DNA of 64,000 bases from a virus, in IMG/VR virus record IMGVR_UViG_3300012929_000001; one strand, given 5' to 3'. Positions within the stretch are counted from its first letter, which is position 1, and each line of letters opens with the position of its first letter. The position numbers were made by a program, and so were the translations under genes. The notes under the pieces are model-generated. The model made no database searches, was not told the origin of the DNA, and saw nothing but the letters and a program-made list of their open reading frames with translations. This document shows positions 24,501 through 33,453 of this stretch, piece by piece.

Positions 24501-25849
24501 GCAGGGGCGTTCGTAATCGGCGTAGTGATAGTCCCGGTAAAGACGGGGCTCGCAGTCGGGGCGCGGCTGGTGTCGCTGGGATGCACGTGGTCCGCGCGGG
24601 ACGTTAGCAGCGAGGTCCCCGCCGCCGCCGCGCCGTCCATCACGGGCAGCGTCGAGGCCAGCTGGCCCAGGACGTACGCCGTAGTGGCTATTTGCGTCGT
24701 GTTGGTACTTACCGTGGCGTTGGGCGCGGTCGGCGTGCCACTGAGCGCCGGGCTAGCTAGCGGAGCTGCGCCCGTCACCTGCGCTACGGAGTAGTCACCG
24801 CCCGCTGCGACGACTGCTCCTGTACGTCCAAAGACACTGGCCACGGCCTGATTGGCAAGTACGAATGCCGTAGTGGCGAGCTGCGTCGTGTTCGTGCCTA
24901 CAGTCGCCGTCGGCGCGGTCGGAGCGCCGCTGAACGCGGGGCTGGCGGATGGGGCCGCCCCGGTGACCTGGGAAACCGTGTAGTCGCCGATCGCGGCGAT
25001 CACCACGCCAGACCTGCCGAAAACCGACGCGACCGCGCCGCCTCCGCCCGAGCCGCAGTCGATTCCGGTGCCGCTGATTTGGCCCGAAGAGTTGACGTGG
25101 AGGCACTGATTGATGCCGGTAATCGGAAGCGTGATCGTGCCCGTAAACGACGGGTTGAACGAGGGCGCTGCGCCCGTCACCTGCGCCACCGTGTAGTCGC
25201 CCGTCTGCGCCGCCACCGCGCCCGTACGACCGAAGACCGCCGAGACCGCGCCTCCGCCTCCGCCGCTCGTCGATACGCAGGAGAACCGCCCCGTGCCGTC
25301 GGCGAGGCCGTTAAACGCCTGCCCGCTGGGGCAGGTGGAGGCGTAGACGCCGCCCAGCGAGAACGTGCGGGCCGGGCCCAATAGGGCCAGCGCCGCGCCC
25401 GGTATCGACGGCACAAAGCTGTCGAAGTTGCAGATGCCACTCGCGCACCAGCTGTTCGTGGTCTGCGGCTGGACGCAGTTGTACCCGCTACCGGGCCCGC
25501 CGAGGACGACGCGGTTAGAGCCGTCCTTGACAGTTGTGTTAAAGCAGACGTTCATCGGGTTCGTAATCGAGACGTTCGCCAGCTGGCAGCTGCCCGTGAT
25601 CGCCCCGGCGACAATGGAGCAGACGGTCGGGAAGCTGACCAGCTGCCCGCCGCCGCCGACTTGGTAGCCCACGGGGTTCCCGTTCAGGTCCGTGGGCTGG
25701 AAGATGATCGAGCCTGAGGGGAGCGGCTGCGGCTGGCCGCTGAGCGTCGTGAGGATGTTCGACGCCGTCACGGTCATGAAGTTCTGCTGCCCCGGGCAAG
25801 CTACCGAAGAAAGTATCACTAGTGTTAGCAGCGCAAGCAGCTTCTTCAT
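21536..25849 (-). CDS. Giant tail fibre protein with reiterated fibre-collar repeats
   Basis: GGAG RBS and ATGA coupling at 25849. At least six copies of SPxFTGxPTAPTAxxGTNxTQxATTAFV and three copies of VFGRTGAVxAxxGDYxVxQVTGA, as found in P2/Mu-type tail fibres. Confidence 0.85.
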   Translation of the reverse strand: MKKLLALLTLVILSSVACPGQQNFMTVTASNILTTLSGQPQPLPSGSIIFQPTDLNGNPVGYQVGGGGQLVSFPTVCSIVAGAITGSCQLANVSITNPMNVCFNTTVKDGSNRVVLGGPGSGYNCVQPQTTNSWCASGICNFDSFVPSIPGAALALLGPARTFSLGGVYASTCPSGQAFNGLADGTGRFSCVSTSGGGGGAVSAVFGRTGAVAAQTGDYTVAQVTGAAPSFNPSFTGTITLPITGINQCLHVNSSGQISGTGIDCGSGGGGAVASVFGRSGVVIAAIGDYTVSQVTGAAPSASPAFSGAPTAPTATVGTNTTQLATTAFVLANQAVASVFGRTGAVVAAGGDYSVAQVTGAAPLASPALSGTPTAPNATVSTNTTQIATTAYVLGQLASTLPVMDGAAAAGTSLLTSRADHVHPSDTSRAPTASPVFTGTITTPITNAPALSTGGGGVVVAATTSGSGALALVTSPALLGTPTAPTAAPGTNTTQLSTTAFVTAAIAAGVSPGGTAGGDLTGTYPNPNVARVNGVTMPISGTVLGTNGSGQIVTATTTGTGAIVALAASPSLTGTPVAPTAGVSTNTTQVATTAFVLGQVGTATPLINGTAAVGTSLLYARQDHVHPIDTTRAPLASPNFTGVPSGPTATPGTSSTQFATTAFVAAAIVAPGVSTEFLYNNGSGVTSPVTGSTVDGSFNVHFPANVDIASGCYSIGGVCIPSTPTTIPGINGQVMYKFGGALAASSGFTFDQSTGNIVVGGTVTAAGFISTGAGSWFVQSPFGAATHAGVAGQNLTTFDSGTGDLFCSANGVTPDYCRTSFSKIITGGNANALSITSGGSLIATGTGTISATSVTGFSPTAGKTLSLTNTLTLSGTDGSTINAVTGGTVSYVGSFPATAHLIGTNGSNLPIVATAVDVAAVQYVAAAGAVNVLTATLAPVPASLTTGLQVRILPNLANTTTTPTLNVNALGAKTITKLGTAALAAGDITTTAIAILVYDGTEWQLQNPQTGTGGGAGTVTTTGSPASGNLSKFSGAASITNADLTGDVGTTGTLVTTLASVGSPGSCGDATHSCVITFDAKGRETAQTSTAISAVGGAVGAAITSSTTVTVTNPTAATDTQLTELSLPGGYLNLAGQAVVIHGGGVYSTGAASSPTITISAKLCTVSGCGSGTVVPLSAIASGAASASATTNAPWNFTVSAVTNAAGATGNLIVKGSPGLAVDLSNVVSAAATVYPDVNTAVSSNIDLTAPLFLDYTVALSATGASNIVKQQYALIAPQTSAPPPDVISYQVPGTTSAVTAVSGVDTTLYTVTLPANLFCPGCGVHILAAARHQTGTTSTNWQLKFGSASNFNLTTNTDGTASQRFDVNIMEDPVIANTQYLYQEGGQRGSTLITNSPGPTTYTQTTSGTIVLTFSINQAATETFTPQEFLVTRFQH

Positions 25850-26055
25850 TTCGATGTCTCCTTCAAAGTTTTCGCAACATTCGCCCAGGCCGCTTCCTCG
25901 GTTTCGCCCTCGCCCAGCTGCCGCGTAGGATCGCCGAGAATCACGAATCTCTTGACATTTTCGCCCTCCGCGCAACAAAGGATATTCACTGGGCCGTGGC
26001 AAACGGCACGCGGGTAGCGCGACCGCACGAAATCTTTTGCTGTAATAAAATCCAT
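25846..26055 (-). CDS. Small hypothetical protein
   Basis: 69-aa ORF whose stop is ATGA-coupled to the giant fibre gene. Confidence 0.5.
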   Translation of the reverse strand: MDFITAKDFVRSRYPRAVCHGPVNILCCAEGENVKRFVILGDPTRQLGEGETEEAAWANVAKTLKETSK

Positions 26056-26068
26056 GAGCTACCTTTCT

Positions 26069-26812
26069 CTAGTATCCAAACGCTAGCAACAAAGGGGCCG
26101 TGCCAGCACCACTCAATGACGTATTGATAGCTTGCCAATTTACTAGTTGCCCGATTACTGTCGGCGCTCCGACGCACTGCCATGCCCCGTCCCAGTTACC
26201 GCTCGTATCACCTACGCGCGAGGATACGTTCGTGAAAAGGCAGGCCGTTGGGAAGCGAATCGGAAAATTGATGGTTTGCGAGGCGGCGGTGGAGGGCTGG
26301 TTCGCGGGAATGCTAAAGCCCACCGCCCATTGCAATACGAACCCTCCGAGCGCAGAGGGAAATTTGAAGTATCCGTTTACGCTCGCCAAAAACGTGAAGC
26401 CGAGAGATAGCAATGCGGTGACGAACGCGGTCGTGGCAATCTTCGTAGAATTATCGCCGGGTGCGGGCGTAGGCGCTTGGGGCACGCCAGTAAAAATCGG
26501 TGAGAGTAGGCGGGCGAAGACTGCCATGTCCGCCTGGGTCATCACGTTCGCGAACACATTAACCAGGTTCGCCAGCGCCGAGCCGGGCGCGGCGGAGCCA
26601 TCGTTCGGGCTATAGCCCTTGTTCGCCAGCATATCGGCAAAGGCTTTTGCAAATATTGACTGCTGGTAAGCGAACTTGTTGAACGTAGGCGAAGGGCAAA
26701 TGCCATCGGTTGGCGCTCCGTTGGTGCGCAAGGAGTCAGCAAGGTAGGCCGCGTCGTTCTCTTGATTAGTGGCATTCGGGTTAAAAATCTGGAAATTGTC
26801 TGTGCCTGCCAT
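26069..26812 (-). CDS. Short tail fibre protein
   Basis: Contains the same collar motif SPIFTGVPQAPTPAPGDNSTKIATTAFV. The C-terminus (GGFVLQWAVGFSIPANQ...INFPIRFPTACL) resembles gp53-like fibre tip domains. Confidence 0.7.
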   Translation of the reverse strand: MAGTDNFQIFNPNATNQENDAAYLADSLRTNGAPTDGICPSPTFNKFAYQQSIFAKAFADMLANKGYSPNDGSAAPGSALANLVNVFANVMTQADMAVFARLLSPIFTGVPQAPTPAPGDNSTKIATTAFVTALLSLGFTFLASVNGYFKFPSALGGFVLQWAVGFSIPANQPSTAASQTINFPIRFPTACLFTNVSSRVGDTSGNWDGAWQCVGAPTVIGQLVNWQAINTSLSGAGTAPLLLAFGY

Positions 26813-26828
26813 GCTGCCTCTCCTCTAG

Positions 26829-28958
26829 TTACGCGAAATGTCCTAAGTCGAATCCCGCTATCGTGGCGTTGTTAAGGTCGAACCCGAACAGCGGCAGATT
26901 CGCGAATGTGTAGTTGATCAGCACTCCCTCGGGCCGGGGAAATATCAGGCCATTTCGGATCATATCTTTCTGAAGGGAGCTAAACACGCCCGCGAGAATC
27001 AGCGTCAGCGACATGTTCTGGTTGTCAATGATCGATAATCTACCGTCTGGAAAGATCAGCCGCCGCAGGTCATAGAGCGCCTGCGAGGAACCGTCCCACT
27101 GATTCTGCGCTATCTTCGCCAGGAGCAGGATGCGGAAATCCATGTCCGAAAGCACGGGGGTAATCGTGGAGTTCACGTATGGTGTGGTCGAGCCGCCGAA
27201 CTCGAACTGAGCACCCCAAACGTCAATCTCAGCACCAATGCCCACAGTTCCACCGCCGCCAATTTGGATGTTGGCGGCAGTGTCTGTCGCGGCCATAGTA
27301 ACCGTTGCCGAGAATCTCTGCCATGCGGTCGTAAGGTTTGCCGTTACCCCAACGCGAGTCACGGAAACTTGATTCAAAATATAGATATTCACCATTCGAG
27401 TTCCCGAAGGAACCCGCAAGTACACGGAGAAAGCGACGGCCTGACTTGCAACAGAAGGAGAAATGACAAGTTGGTTGATGAAACTATCCGTAGTTTTACC
27501 GACTAATGAGGATGCCGTGTTTCCGCCCATCGGGTCGGCCAGTGACCCATCTCGTATCGTGAAGTTACCATCCATCCACGGCAAGCTTCCGAAGGCTCCC
27601 TGCGAGCCCACGATGAAGTTCGTGCTGGTGGGCTGGAAGGGCAGGATGCGACTCGCGCCGACTATCTGCCCGAGCACATCGAGCTGCGCTCCGACCGCCA
27701 GGTCAATGTCGAACGCCAGGTATGCCTCCTGCTCCAAGGCGAGCAGGTCGACGACCGGGCCTATCAGCGCCGCCATCCAAGCGTAGAAGTTCGGCGCTTG
27801 CTGGTATTGGCTCGTGAGCAGCGAAAGGTAGTAGAGCGGGAAGACGAACTCCTTTATTCGCACGACCGTTGCAGCGGGAATAGCTACATTCTGTACGGCC
27901 ACGATCTGGAAGTCTACGCCCGAGCCGTGCGGACTTGTCGAGGGCACACTGGCGGCGACGCTGTATCCTTTCCCACTATTGCCACCTTCAATAAATGCGA
28001 TAGCGCCGCCCGCGTTAATTCCTCCCACAACAACAGTTCCTCCTGATGCACCCGCCTGCAATAAGGTTATAGCGTCGTCAACTTGGTACCCTGAACCGAC
28101 AGTTAGTGCGGTTACACCATTTAACGCACCAATTACAGTGTTAGGATTAAACGTGTCCAACGGCGCATAGAGCGCCCGCCCGTTCTGTGTAATCCTGTAG
28201 TCACTAACTTCCCACGTTGCCGGAGTGCTTAAGTTTCCCGCTGGGCCGAACGGCCCCGAGGCGTTCGGAGAAAACCCGACAAAGTAGCTTTTACCGCTAG
28301 CAAGCAGATCCTTGCAAATCGTAGCCAGCACCATAACCGCCGCACCTACGGGCGCGTCAACAGTGACCGTTCCAATGTGCCAACCGCGATCCGTATTCGG
28401 AGAACAGATTTCAATTGCTCCAAAACTATTTGTCAACGTAGCATCGAAAAACCAAAGTCCAATCGTGGGACGCGCCGCGCCAGCCAGCCAGCGTATGGTC
28501 GCCGTAAGCGTTACGGAGTCGCCCGGCGCACATGGAAGCTGCACGCCACTTACGCCTCCAACGTAAGTAGCGCTGGCAGTGAAATTCAGCACGTTAAACG
28601 GACCCGTCGCCGCGCCGCTTGCGACGGGCGCGGCGGCGAGAACGGTTTGTATGGCCCCGGAAACCACGACCAAATTAAAGAGAATTCCGCTCGGGCTGGC
28701 GACCAGAAGCCCGGTGACCGTAGTCACCAGGGCCACGACATCCACCCGCAAGTCGCCCCAGCTGTACCCGCCCGGCGGAGGGTTCGGGACCACGGTCAAT
28801 TGCCAGACTTGCGCGGTAACCGAGTCCAGGACCAGCAGCGAGGCCACGGCAACTTGCCCCGTCACCTGCACGGTGGAAAGCTGCCCGTTGTCGTCGCAAG
28901 TGACGAGCCACTGCTGGCCTGAGGCATCAACTAAATAAATGAGATTGACGGCAGACAT
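26829..28958 (-). CDS. Baseplate wedge / fibre-attachment protein (DUF2612-like C-terminus)
   Basis: Position immediately downstream of baseplate J. The C-terminal segment DFRILLLAKIAQNQWDGS... resembles the DUF2612 family as recalled. Confidence 0.55.
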   Translation of the reverse strand: MSAVNLIYLVDASGQQWLVTCDDNGQLSTVQVTGQVAVASLLVLDSVTAQVWQLTVVPNPPPGGYSWGDLRVDVVALVTTVTGLLVASPSGILFNLVVVSGAIQTVLAAAPVASGAATGPFNVLNFTASATYVGGVSGVQLPCAPGDSVTLTATIRWLAGAARPTIGLWFFDATLTNSFGAIEICSPNTDRGWHIGTVTVDAPVGAAVMVLATICKDLLASGKSYFVGFSPNASGPFGPAGNLSTPATWEVSDYRITQNGRALYAPLDTFNPNTVIGALNGVTALTVGSGYQVDDAITLLQAGASGGTVVVGGINAGGAIAFIEGGNSGKGYSVAASVPSTSPHGSGVDFQIVAVQNVAIPAATVVRIKEFVFPLYYLSLLTSQYQQAPNFYAWMAALIGPVVDLLALEQEAYLAFDIDLAVGAQLDVLGQIVGASRILPFQPTSTNFIVGSQGAFGSLPWMDGNFTIRDGSLADPMGGNTASSLVGKTTDSFINQLVISPSVASQAVAFSVYLRVPSGTRMVNIYILNQVSVTRVGVTANLTTAWQRFSATVTMAATDTAANIQIGGGGTVGIGAEIDVWGAQFEFGGSTTPYVNSTITPVLSDMDFRILLLAKIAQNQWDGSSQALYDLRRLIFPDGRLSIIDNQNMSLTLILAGVFSSLQKDMIRNGLIFPRPEGVLINYTFANLPLFGFDLNNATIAGFDLGHFA

Positions 28959-28962
28959 GGGA

Positions 28963-30150
28963 TTAGACCGAGTTCACCGCCACGTTCGCCGCGATACCCT
29001 GCGCGACAAGATTGAAATTCATGGGTATGTCCACCGTCGTGCTCGGCGAAGGAATGATGCCCAGCGTCAGCGAGCGAACCGAGAACAGGGGGTTTTGAAG
29101 GTTTGGCGTAACCGACATGGCCGCCGCGTACAGCGCCGATTGCGTGACCAGCTCCCCTATCGACAAGCTGTTAAGGTAGTCCACGACGGCGCTCTGGATC
29201 GCGGTAGAGATCGCCGACGCGTATCCGGGCAGCGCGTGCACGCCGAGCGTGACGTAAATCGGCACGAGCGTGGGGCGCAGGAAGCTGACCACCTGCACCA
29301 CGCCACTGTTCGGATCGGTAACCGAGACGTGCACTGACCCGTTGGTGAAGCAACCCAAGCTCTTTCGGTCGTAGATGGCCTGCGCCACGTCCGTATCCGT
29401 GCCGCCCTCGACAACCATCGTTATCGAGTGCGGAGGATTGCCGTTCGCGTTCACCACGTTCGTAGGATTTTCGTCGCCCGTCGAGCGCGTAACCCCCGCG
29501 ACCGCCGCGACCGCCGCCAGCGTGGCTGCGAAAATTGTGTTCGCCGGGCCCTCGGTCGAGATGGCTTGCCGAGTGCGTAGCTGACTGTCGGTCTCGACGG
29601 GCTGCCCGAGCGTCGCGGCGTTCGCGTTCGTTACCCCGGTCCAGCCCGCCGTGGGCGAAGCGATATTGTTAAGCTGCCCAGGAAGCGCGTTTAGAGCGCC
29701 GACGGTCTGGCACGTAGCTACCACATCCACCGAGCCGCCCGAAGGAATGACCACCGCGCTTTGCAGCGACCACAGCGCCCCCTGCTGCGGAACTGAATCA
29801 CGTATAAGTCCATTATTAATCGTCGTGCCCGGAACGCCAGAAACCGTCACTGTGCAGGTGGAGAAGCTGGCGACCTTGCGGGACAGCCCGTTCAACTCCA
29901 CGAGCGAGGACAGCGCCGCGCCGACGGCGAAGTTCGGGCTGTGGTTGTTAAAATCTAGCTGCAAGCCTCCGTAGGCGTCGGCAACGGTAAGCGCAAAGAT
30001 GCTCATCATCTGAAACAGCGCCGAGTCGTTCCCCAGGAACTCGCCCGGTCCAAAGATACTTTGCGCGTTCGCTTCGTAGAAATCGATAAGGTCCTGGTAC
30101 ACCGGAACCGTCAGTCCCGTAGCGCCGATCGAAGGCGGAGTGTAGGCCAT
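28963..30150 (-). CDS. Baseplate J-like protein (P2 gpJ / Mu gp47 family)
   Basis: N-terminal YTPPSIGATGLTVPVYQDLIDFYEANAQSIFG... and overall size and position are typical of Baseplate_J. Confidence 0.75.
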   Translation of the reverse strand: MAYTPPSIGATGLTVPVYQDLIDFYEANAQSIFGPGEFLGNDSALFQMMSIFALTVADAYGGLQLDFNNHSPNFAVGAALSSLVELNGLSRKVASFSTCTVTVSGVPGTTINNGLIRDSVPQQGALWSLQSAVVIPSGGSVDVVATCQTVGALNALPGQLNNIASPTAGWTGVTNANAATLGQPVETDSQLRTRQAISTEGPANTIFAATLAAVAAVAGVTRSTGDENPTNVVNANGNPPHSITMVVEGGTDTDVAQAIYDRKSLGCFTNGSVHVSVTDPNSGVVQVVSFLRPTLVPIYVTLGVHALPGYASAISTAIQSAVVDYLNSLSIGELVTQSALYAAAMSVTPNLQNPLFSVRSLTLGIIPSPSTTVDIPMNFNLVAQGIAANVAVNSV

Positions 30151-30155
30151 AGAAT

Positions 30156-30521
30156 TTACACCTGTCCTGACGACGAAATCGGTATGCTGCCGAACTGCGT
30201 CTGCACCACCGCGTAGAATGAAAAACTACGGGCGTTCCCGTCGTAGCTTACCTGCACGTTGCTCAGACTCGTAACGAACGGAGTGCCAAGAATCCGCTGC
30301 TGGATCAGAAGGCTGATCTGCTGTTGCCGAGAATTCGCGCCGGAGACGCCGAGTATCTGCTGCCAAAGCGGAAGGCCGTCCGACTTGTCCGCCCACCACT
30401 CGCCCTCGAACAACCGAAGCCGGGTCAGGATGGCCTGACCAACGGCGTCCAAGTCCGTGAGATAGCTGGTCCAGATGGGGTCGTTGTTTGGGCCTAGTTG
30501 CCGATAGGTAATCTGGCTCAT
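30156..30521 (-). CDS. Baseplate wedge protein (gp25/gpW/Mu gp46-like)
   Basis: 121 aa, located between the spike and J genes. GEWWADKSDGLPLWQQILG pattern. Confidence 0.5.
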   Translation of the reverse strand: MSQITYRQLGPNNDPIWTSYLTDLDAVGQAILTRLRLFEGEWWADKSDGLPLWQQILGVSGANSRQQQISLLIQQRILGTPFVTSLSNVQVSYDGNARSFSFYAVVQTQFGSIPISSSGQV

Positions 30522-31213
30522 ACTACCGGCCCCGAATTCGCTCCGCCCGCCTGCACGCCCGTGTGCTGGTGAGTGAGGAAATTCTTTCCTTCAATGGTCG
30601 TGTGCCCGCTACCGTTAATGTTGACGAGCGTGGAGCTGCTCACGTCAACCTCCGTAGCGCCCATCACTTTAACCACGGGCGCAGTAATATCTATCTCCCC
30701 CGGCTTGACGGAAACTGTAACCGCGCCATCCAGCGAGCGCAACTCCGCCGCTGTCGCAGAGTAGTTCGGCACCGCGTTCGGCTTTGAACAAGGCCCCAAT
30801 ATGGCAAAGCCGTCCGAGAGGTCGTGCCGTCGGCGGTCCTCCTGCAAGTTTAGCACGCCGCCCTTCGCCCACCAGGAACTCATATCCATGTCGGCGAACA
30901 CGACCAGGCACTCGTCGCCCGCCTGCACGGGCATGGTAAGCACAAAGCCGCCCGCCCGGAACGGCATGATCGGCACGTCGTCAATAACACCGATGTCCGT
31001 ATCCGTTGGAATGGGAACCCCTTCCGCGTACTTGTTTAATCGCTCCATCACCGTAGGCCGAACCGAGACCGTCTGCTTCACCGAGTCGAACGACTGCACA
31101 ATGCAGGGTAGCGCAACGCGCAATTCGCAAAGCAGCTGCCAGACGCGCTCCCGCAGCGGCCCGTCGGGGAGCCCGAGCCGATCCGGTATTGTGAGAAAGC
31201 TCGGCGAGCTCAT
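30518..31213 (-). CDS. Baseplate central spike protein (Gp138_N / gpV / Mu gp45-like)
   Basis: ATGA coupling at both ends. LPCIVQSFDSVKQTVSVRP...PIMPFRAGGFVLTMPVQAGDECLVVFAD matches the Gp138 N-terminal OB-fold pattern. Confidence 0.65.
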   Translation of the reverse strand: MSSPSFLTIPDRLGLPDGPLRERVWQLLCELRVALPCIVQSFDSVKQTVSVRPTVMERLNKYAEGVPIPTDTDIGVIDDVPIMPFRAGGFVLTMPVQAGDECLVVFADMDMSSWWAKGGVLNLQEDRRRHDLSDGFAILGPCSKPNAVPNYSATAAELRSLDGAVTVSVKPGEIDITAPVVKVMGATEVDVSSSTLVNINGSGHTTIEGKNFLTHQHTGVQAGGANSGPVV

Positions 31214-32214
31214 CGGTACAAATTCGCGTTCAATGCGCCCCACGCCATTGCGTCCTCGATCCTCGTATAGCCCGTAACGTCCGTGTACCACGGACCTCCC
31301 CGCGAATCGCCCACGTGCCGCACTGCGCCGACGACGTATTGACCGTCCTGGTCCAGCGGGAGTATCAGCTCCCCGAGCTGCTTCTTCGCCTCGCGGATGG
31401 CGCTCTGCCGGATCGCGGCGACCATTAGCGGTATACGCGCCTGCAAACGCGGGTCTAGCAGGACCCGGAAGTTCACCCCGTTCTGCGTCTGCTCCGGCGT
31501 ACCGACGAGCCCCGTCGTCGGCGTGTAGATAACCGCAGGATCGTTCGAGACCGCAGGATCGTCCAGTCGGCCCATTGATAGCCCGCGATGAGAGAGAAAC
31601 CATACCATCTGATTATCCTCTGCGATCCAGTTAAGGTATTTGTCCGGCGACCCGAACATTTTCTTGCCTCGCGAGAGCTTTTTCGGATTTAAATCCGTAG
31701 CCACGAAATCCTCGTGTAGTCCGAGATTGCGGATAATCTGCCGTACGATCTCTGTCTGGTTGGCCCCTAGCGCAGCATTAGGGGCGGCATCCTCGCTGCC
31801 GCTTAGTACCGATGCTAAACTGAAGATACAATTCAAGGAGAGCTTAAAGTCCACCACGTTCTCCCGCGACCAAAGGGGCTGGAATATCGGTCCCTGCCAT
31901 ACAATGTCGAAGTTCCCGTTCGCGTATCCTGCCTTCAGCGTGACCGTCAAGCCCTGCCGAATCTGCGAGGCGTCCGCCAGCAGGCGATCCACGAACGTAA
32001 CGTCAAGATTATAGATGTCGATCGTCGCCCACCAATACGCAGAGAAACAAGGAGTGAATATGTCGAACGCAATCCGCAGCGCCTCCGGCTCGTCCCCGCT
32101 GTCGGAAATGGTGAAAATCTCCACGCTCGCGCCGTCCGGGGACGGATCCGACAGCGTCAGCTCATATTTCCGCCCGAATACGGCAGCGCCGGGCACGATC
32201 GCCAAACTACTCAA
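31210..32214 (-). CDS. Baseplate hub protein (gpD / Mu gp44-like)
   Basis: Size and position between the tape-measure-side genes and the spike. No sharp motif. Confidence 0.5.
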   Translation of the reverse strand: MSSLAIVPGAAVFGRKYELTLSDPSPDGASVEIFTISDSGDEPEALRIAFDIFTPCFSAYWWATIDIYNLDVTFVDRLLADASQIRQGLTVTLKAGYANGNFDIVWQGPIFQPLWSRENVVDFKLSLNCIFSLASVLSGSEDAAPNAALGANQTEIVRQIIRNLGLHEDFVATDLNPKKLSRGKKMFGSPDKYLNWIAEDNQMVWFLSHRGLSMGRLDDPAVSNDPAVIYTPTTGLVGTPEQTQNGVNFRVLLDPRLQARIPLMVAAIRQSAIREAKKQLGELILPLDQDGQYVVGAVRHVGDSRGGPWYTDVTGYTRIEDAMAWGALNANLYR

Positions 32215-32554
32215 GCGGAGTGTCCCCCCATATCAAGATGAAGTCCGAGCCCAAGTCGCTCGCGCCCGGGTAGTTTCGCGCCAGTGTTCCGCTCACATTA
32301 ATTACAAAGGCGGAGCCAATCCCGAGATACGCGAATTTTCCCAGTATGTTGCACGCGGGGTCGTTTCCCGTGACCAGCGGCAGCGAATTTATCAGCAATA
32401 CCCCAGTGCGGCTGAATATCGCCATGATCCAATAGTCCGCGATCTCGTTGTACCGGAACGTAAACCCGAGCGGCAACGGCTTACCGTCCACGTTCAAGAC
32501 GCAGGCCAGCGATTGGTTCGGGCTGCTGTCGAGCGGTAAGATCTGTTGGGCCAT
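32207..32554 (-). CDS. Tail/baseplate assembly protein, hypothetical
   Basis: Start taken at the internal ATG 32554, just after the upstream stop at 32563. Conserved-looking FRYNEIADYWIM...PLVTGND. Confidence 0.45.
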   Translation of the reverse strand: MAQQILPLDSSPNQSLACVLNVDGKPLPLGFTFRYNEIADYWIMAIFSRTGVLLINSLPLVTGNDPACNILGKFAYLGIGSAFVINVSGTLARNYPGASDLGSDFILIWGDTPLE

Positions 32555-32562
32555 TATTTCGT

Positions 32563-33453
32563 TTAGTGCCCCGTGGGCACCTGATGCGTGCCGAACGCGC
32601 CGGGCGCGAACGGGTCGCTGTGCCATTTCGGATTCGGGTTGGCAACGTTCGTCGACACGCCCGGAAACGTCGTCGGCGTGGCAACGGGCTCTGCGTGAGT
32701 GGCAGAAACCGCCGCGCTTACCGTTTGCGTCTGTACCGTGCCCTTGTTCGTGGTGGAGGTAACGCTGGGCCGAACGCTAACTGTGTTTGTAGCGACGGTA
32801 GCAAGATTAATCTGCTTAAACACAACCGTAACCCGCAACCCGGCGTAGGTCGCATTCGTGTCGGGAGAGCGAATTTCCTCAATTTGCACGTTCTCGTACG
32901 TCGCCAGACGGGTGGTAAGCACGAGCGGGGTGCGCAGCTTTTTAATGGCGACCAGGGTCTGGTAGGCGGAAACCGACTTCGACTGGTTGGTCGCGTACTG
33001 CCCGTGCACAAAGCTGTCCAGCGCATCGGACATCAGTATCTCCAAAACAATCCGGGGCGGAAGCTCGTAAATGTGGTCGGTCACGCTAGCGCCCGACTGG
33101 ACGGGATGGTCGGTAAAGCGGCTGGCGAGGTAGTGGTCCGTCGCCACCACGGCGTCGAAAAAGTAGGTTGTCGTCGTTGGAGTTGTAGTTCCCGCGACCG
33201 CGCCCGGCGTGGCTCCGGCGAATAGTATGTCGCTGCTAACTGCCTCGTCCGAGAACGCGGAAGGAGCTGTTTGTGCTTGCGACGTCTGCGTCGTCACCTT
33301 CAGCGAAACCTGTTGCGGGGCGCTCGCCCACTGCTGCGGGCGGTAGGGCACCGTCGTGGGCGGTGCCACGTCCTCCGGTGGCACGTCCTGCATTCGAAGC
33401 AGCTGCCAGTTTGCCAGCGAAAGCAACGTGCTGATTGTGGCTTGCGTGCTCAC
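32563..33453 (-). CDS. Tail protein (Mu gp43 / Dit-like N-terminal domain)
   Basis: FFDAVVATDHYLASRFTDHPVQSGASVTDHIYELPPRIVLEILMSD resembles the DNA-circulation/Dit-like N-terminal motif. Located directly downstream of the tape measure gene. Confidence 0.5.
   Translation of the reverse strand: MSTQATISTLLSLANWQLLRMQDVPPEDVAPPTTVPYRPQQWASAPQQVSLKVTTQTSQAQTAPSAFSDEAVSSDILFAGATPGAVAGTTTPTTTTYFFDAVVATDHYLASRFTDHPVQSGASVTDHIYELPPRIVLEILMSDALDSFVHGQYATNQSKSVSAYQTLVAIKKLRTPLVLTTRLATYENVQIEEIRSPDTNATYAGLRVTVVFKQINLATVATNTVSVRPSVTSTTNKGTVQTQTVSAAVSATHAEPVATPTTFPGVSTNVANPNPKWHSDPFAPGAFGTHQVPTGH

Noticed and set aside
24300-25300. Repeated DNA units inside the giant fibre gene, considered as diversity-generating retroelement VR/TR pairs
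   Set aside because: There is no reverse transcriptase gene anywhere in the window. The repeats are all in-frame coding modules and are diverged at all base types, not at adenines specifically.
25850-26002. Upstream extension of the giant fibre ORF (start at 26002); similar long extensions occur on ORFs 30518-31603, 44687-47443 and 41442-42659
   Set aside because: The extensions are Arg/Gly-rich and overlap the preceding gene. Internal ATGs with RBS and/or ATGA/TAATG coupling fit the operon structure much better.
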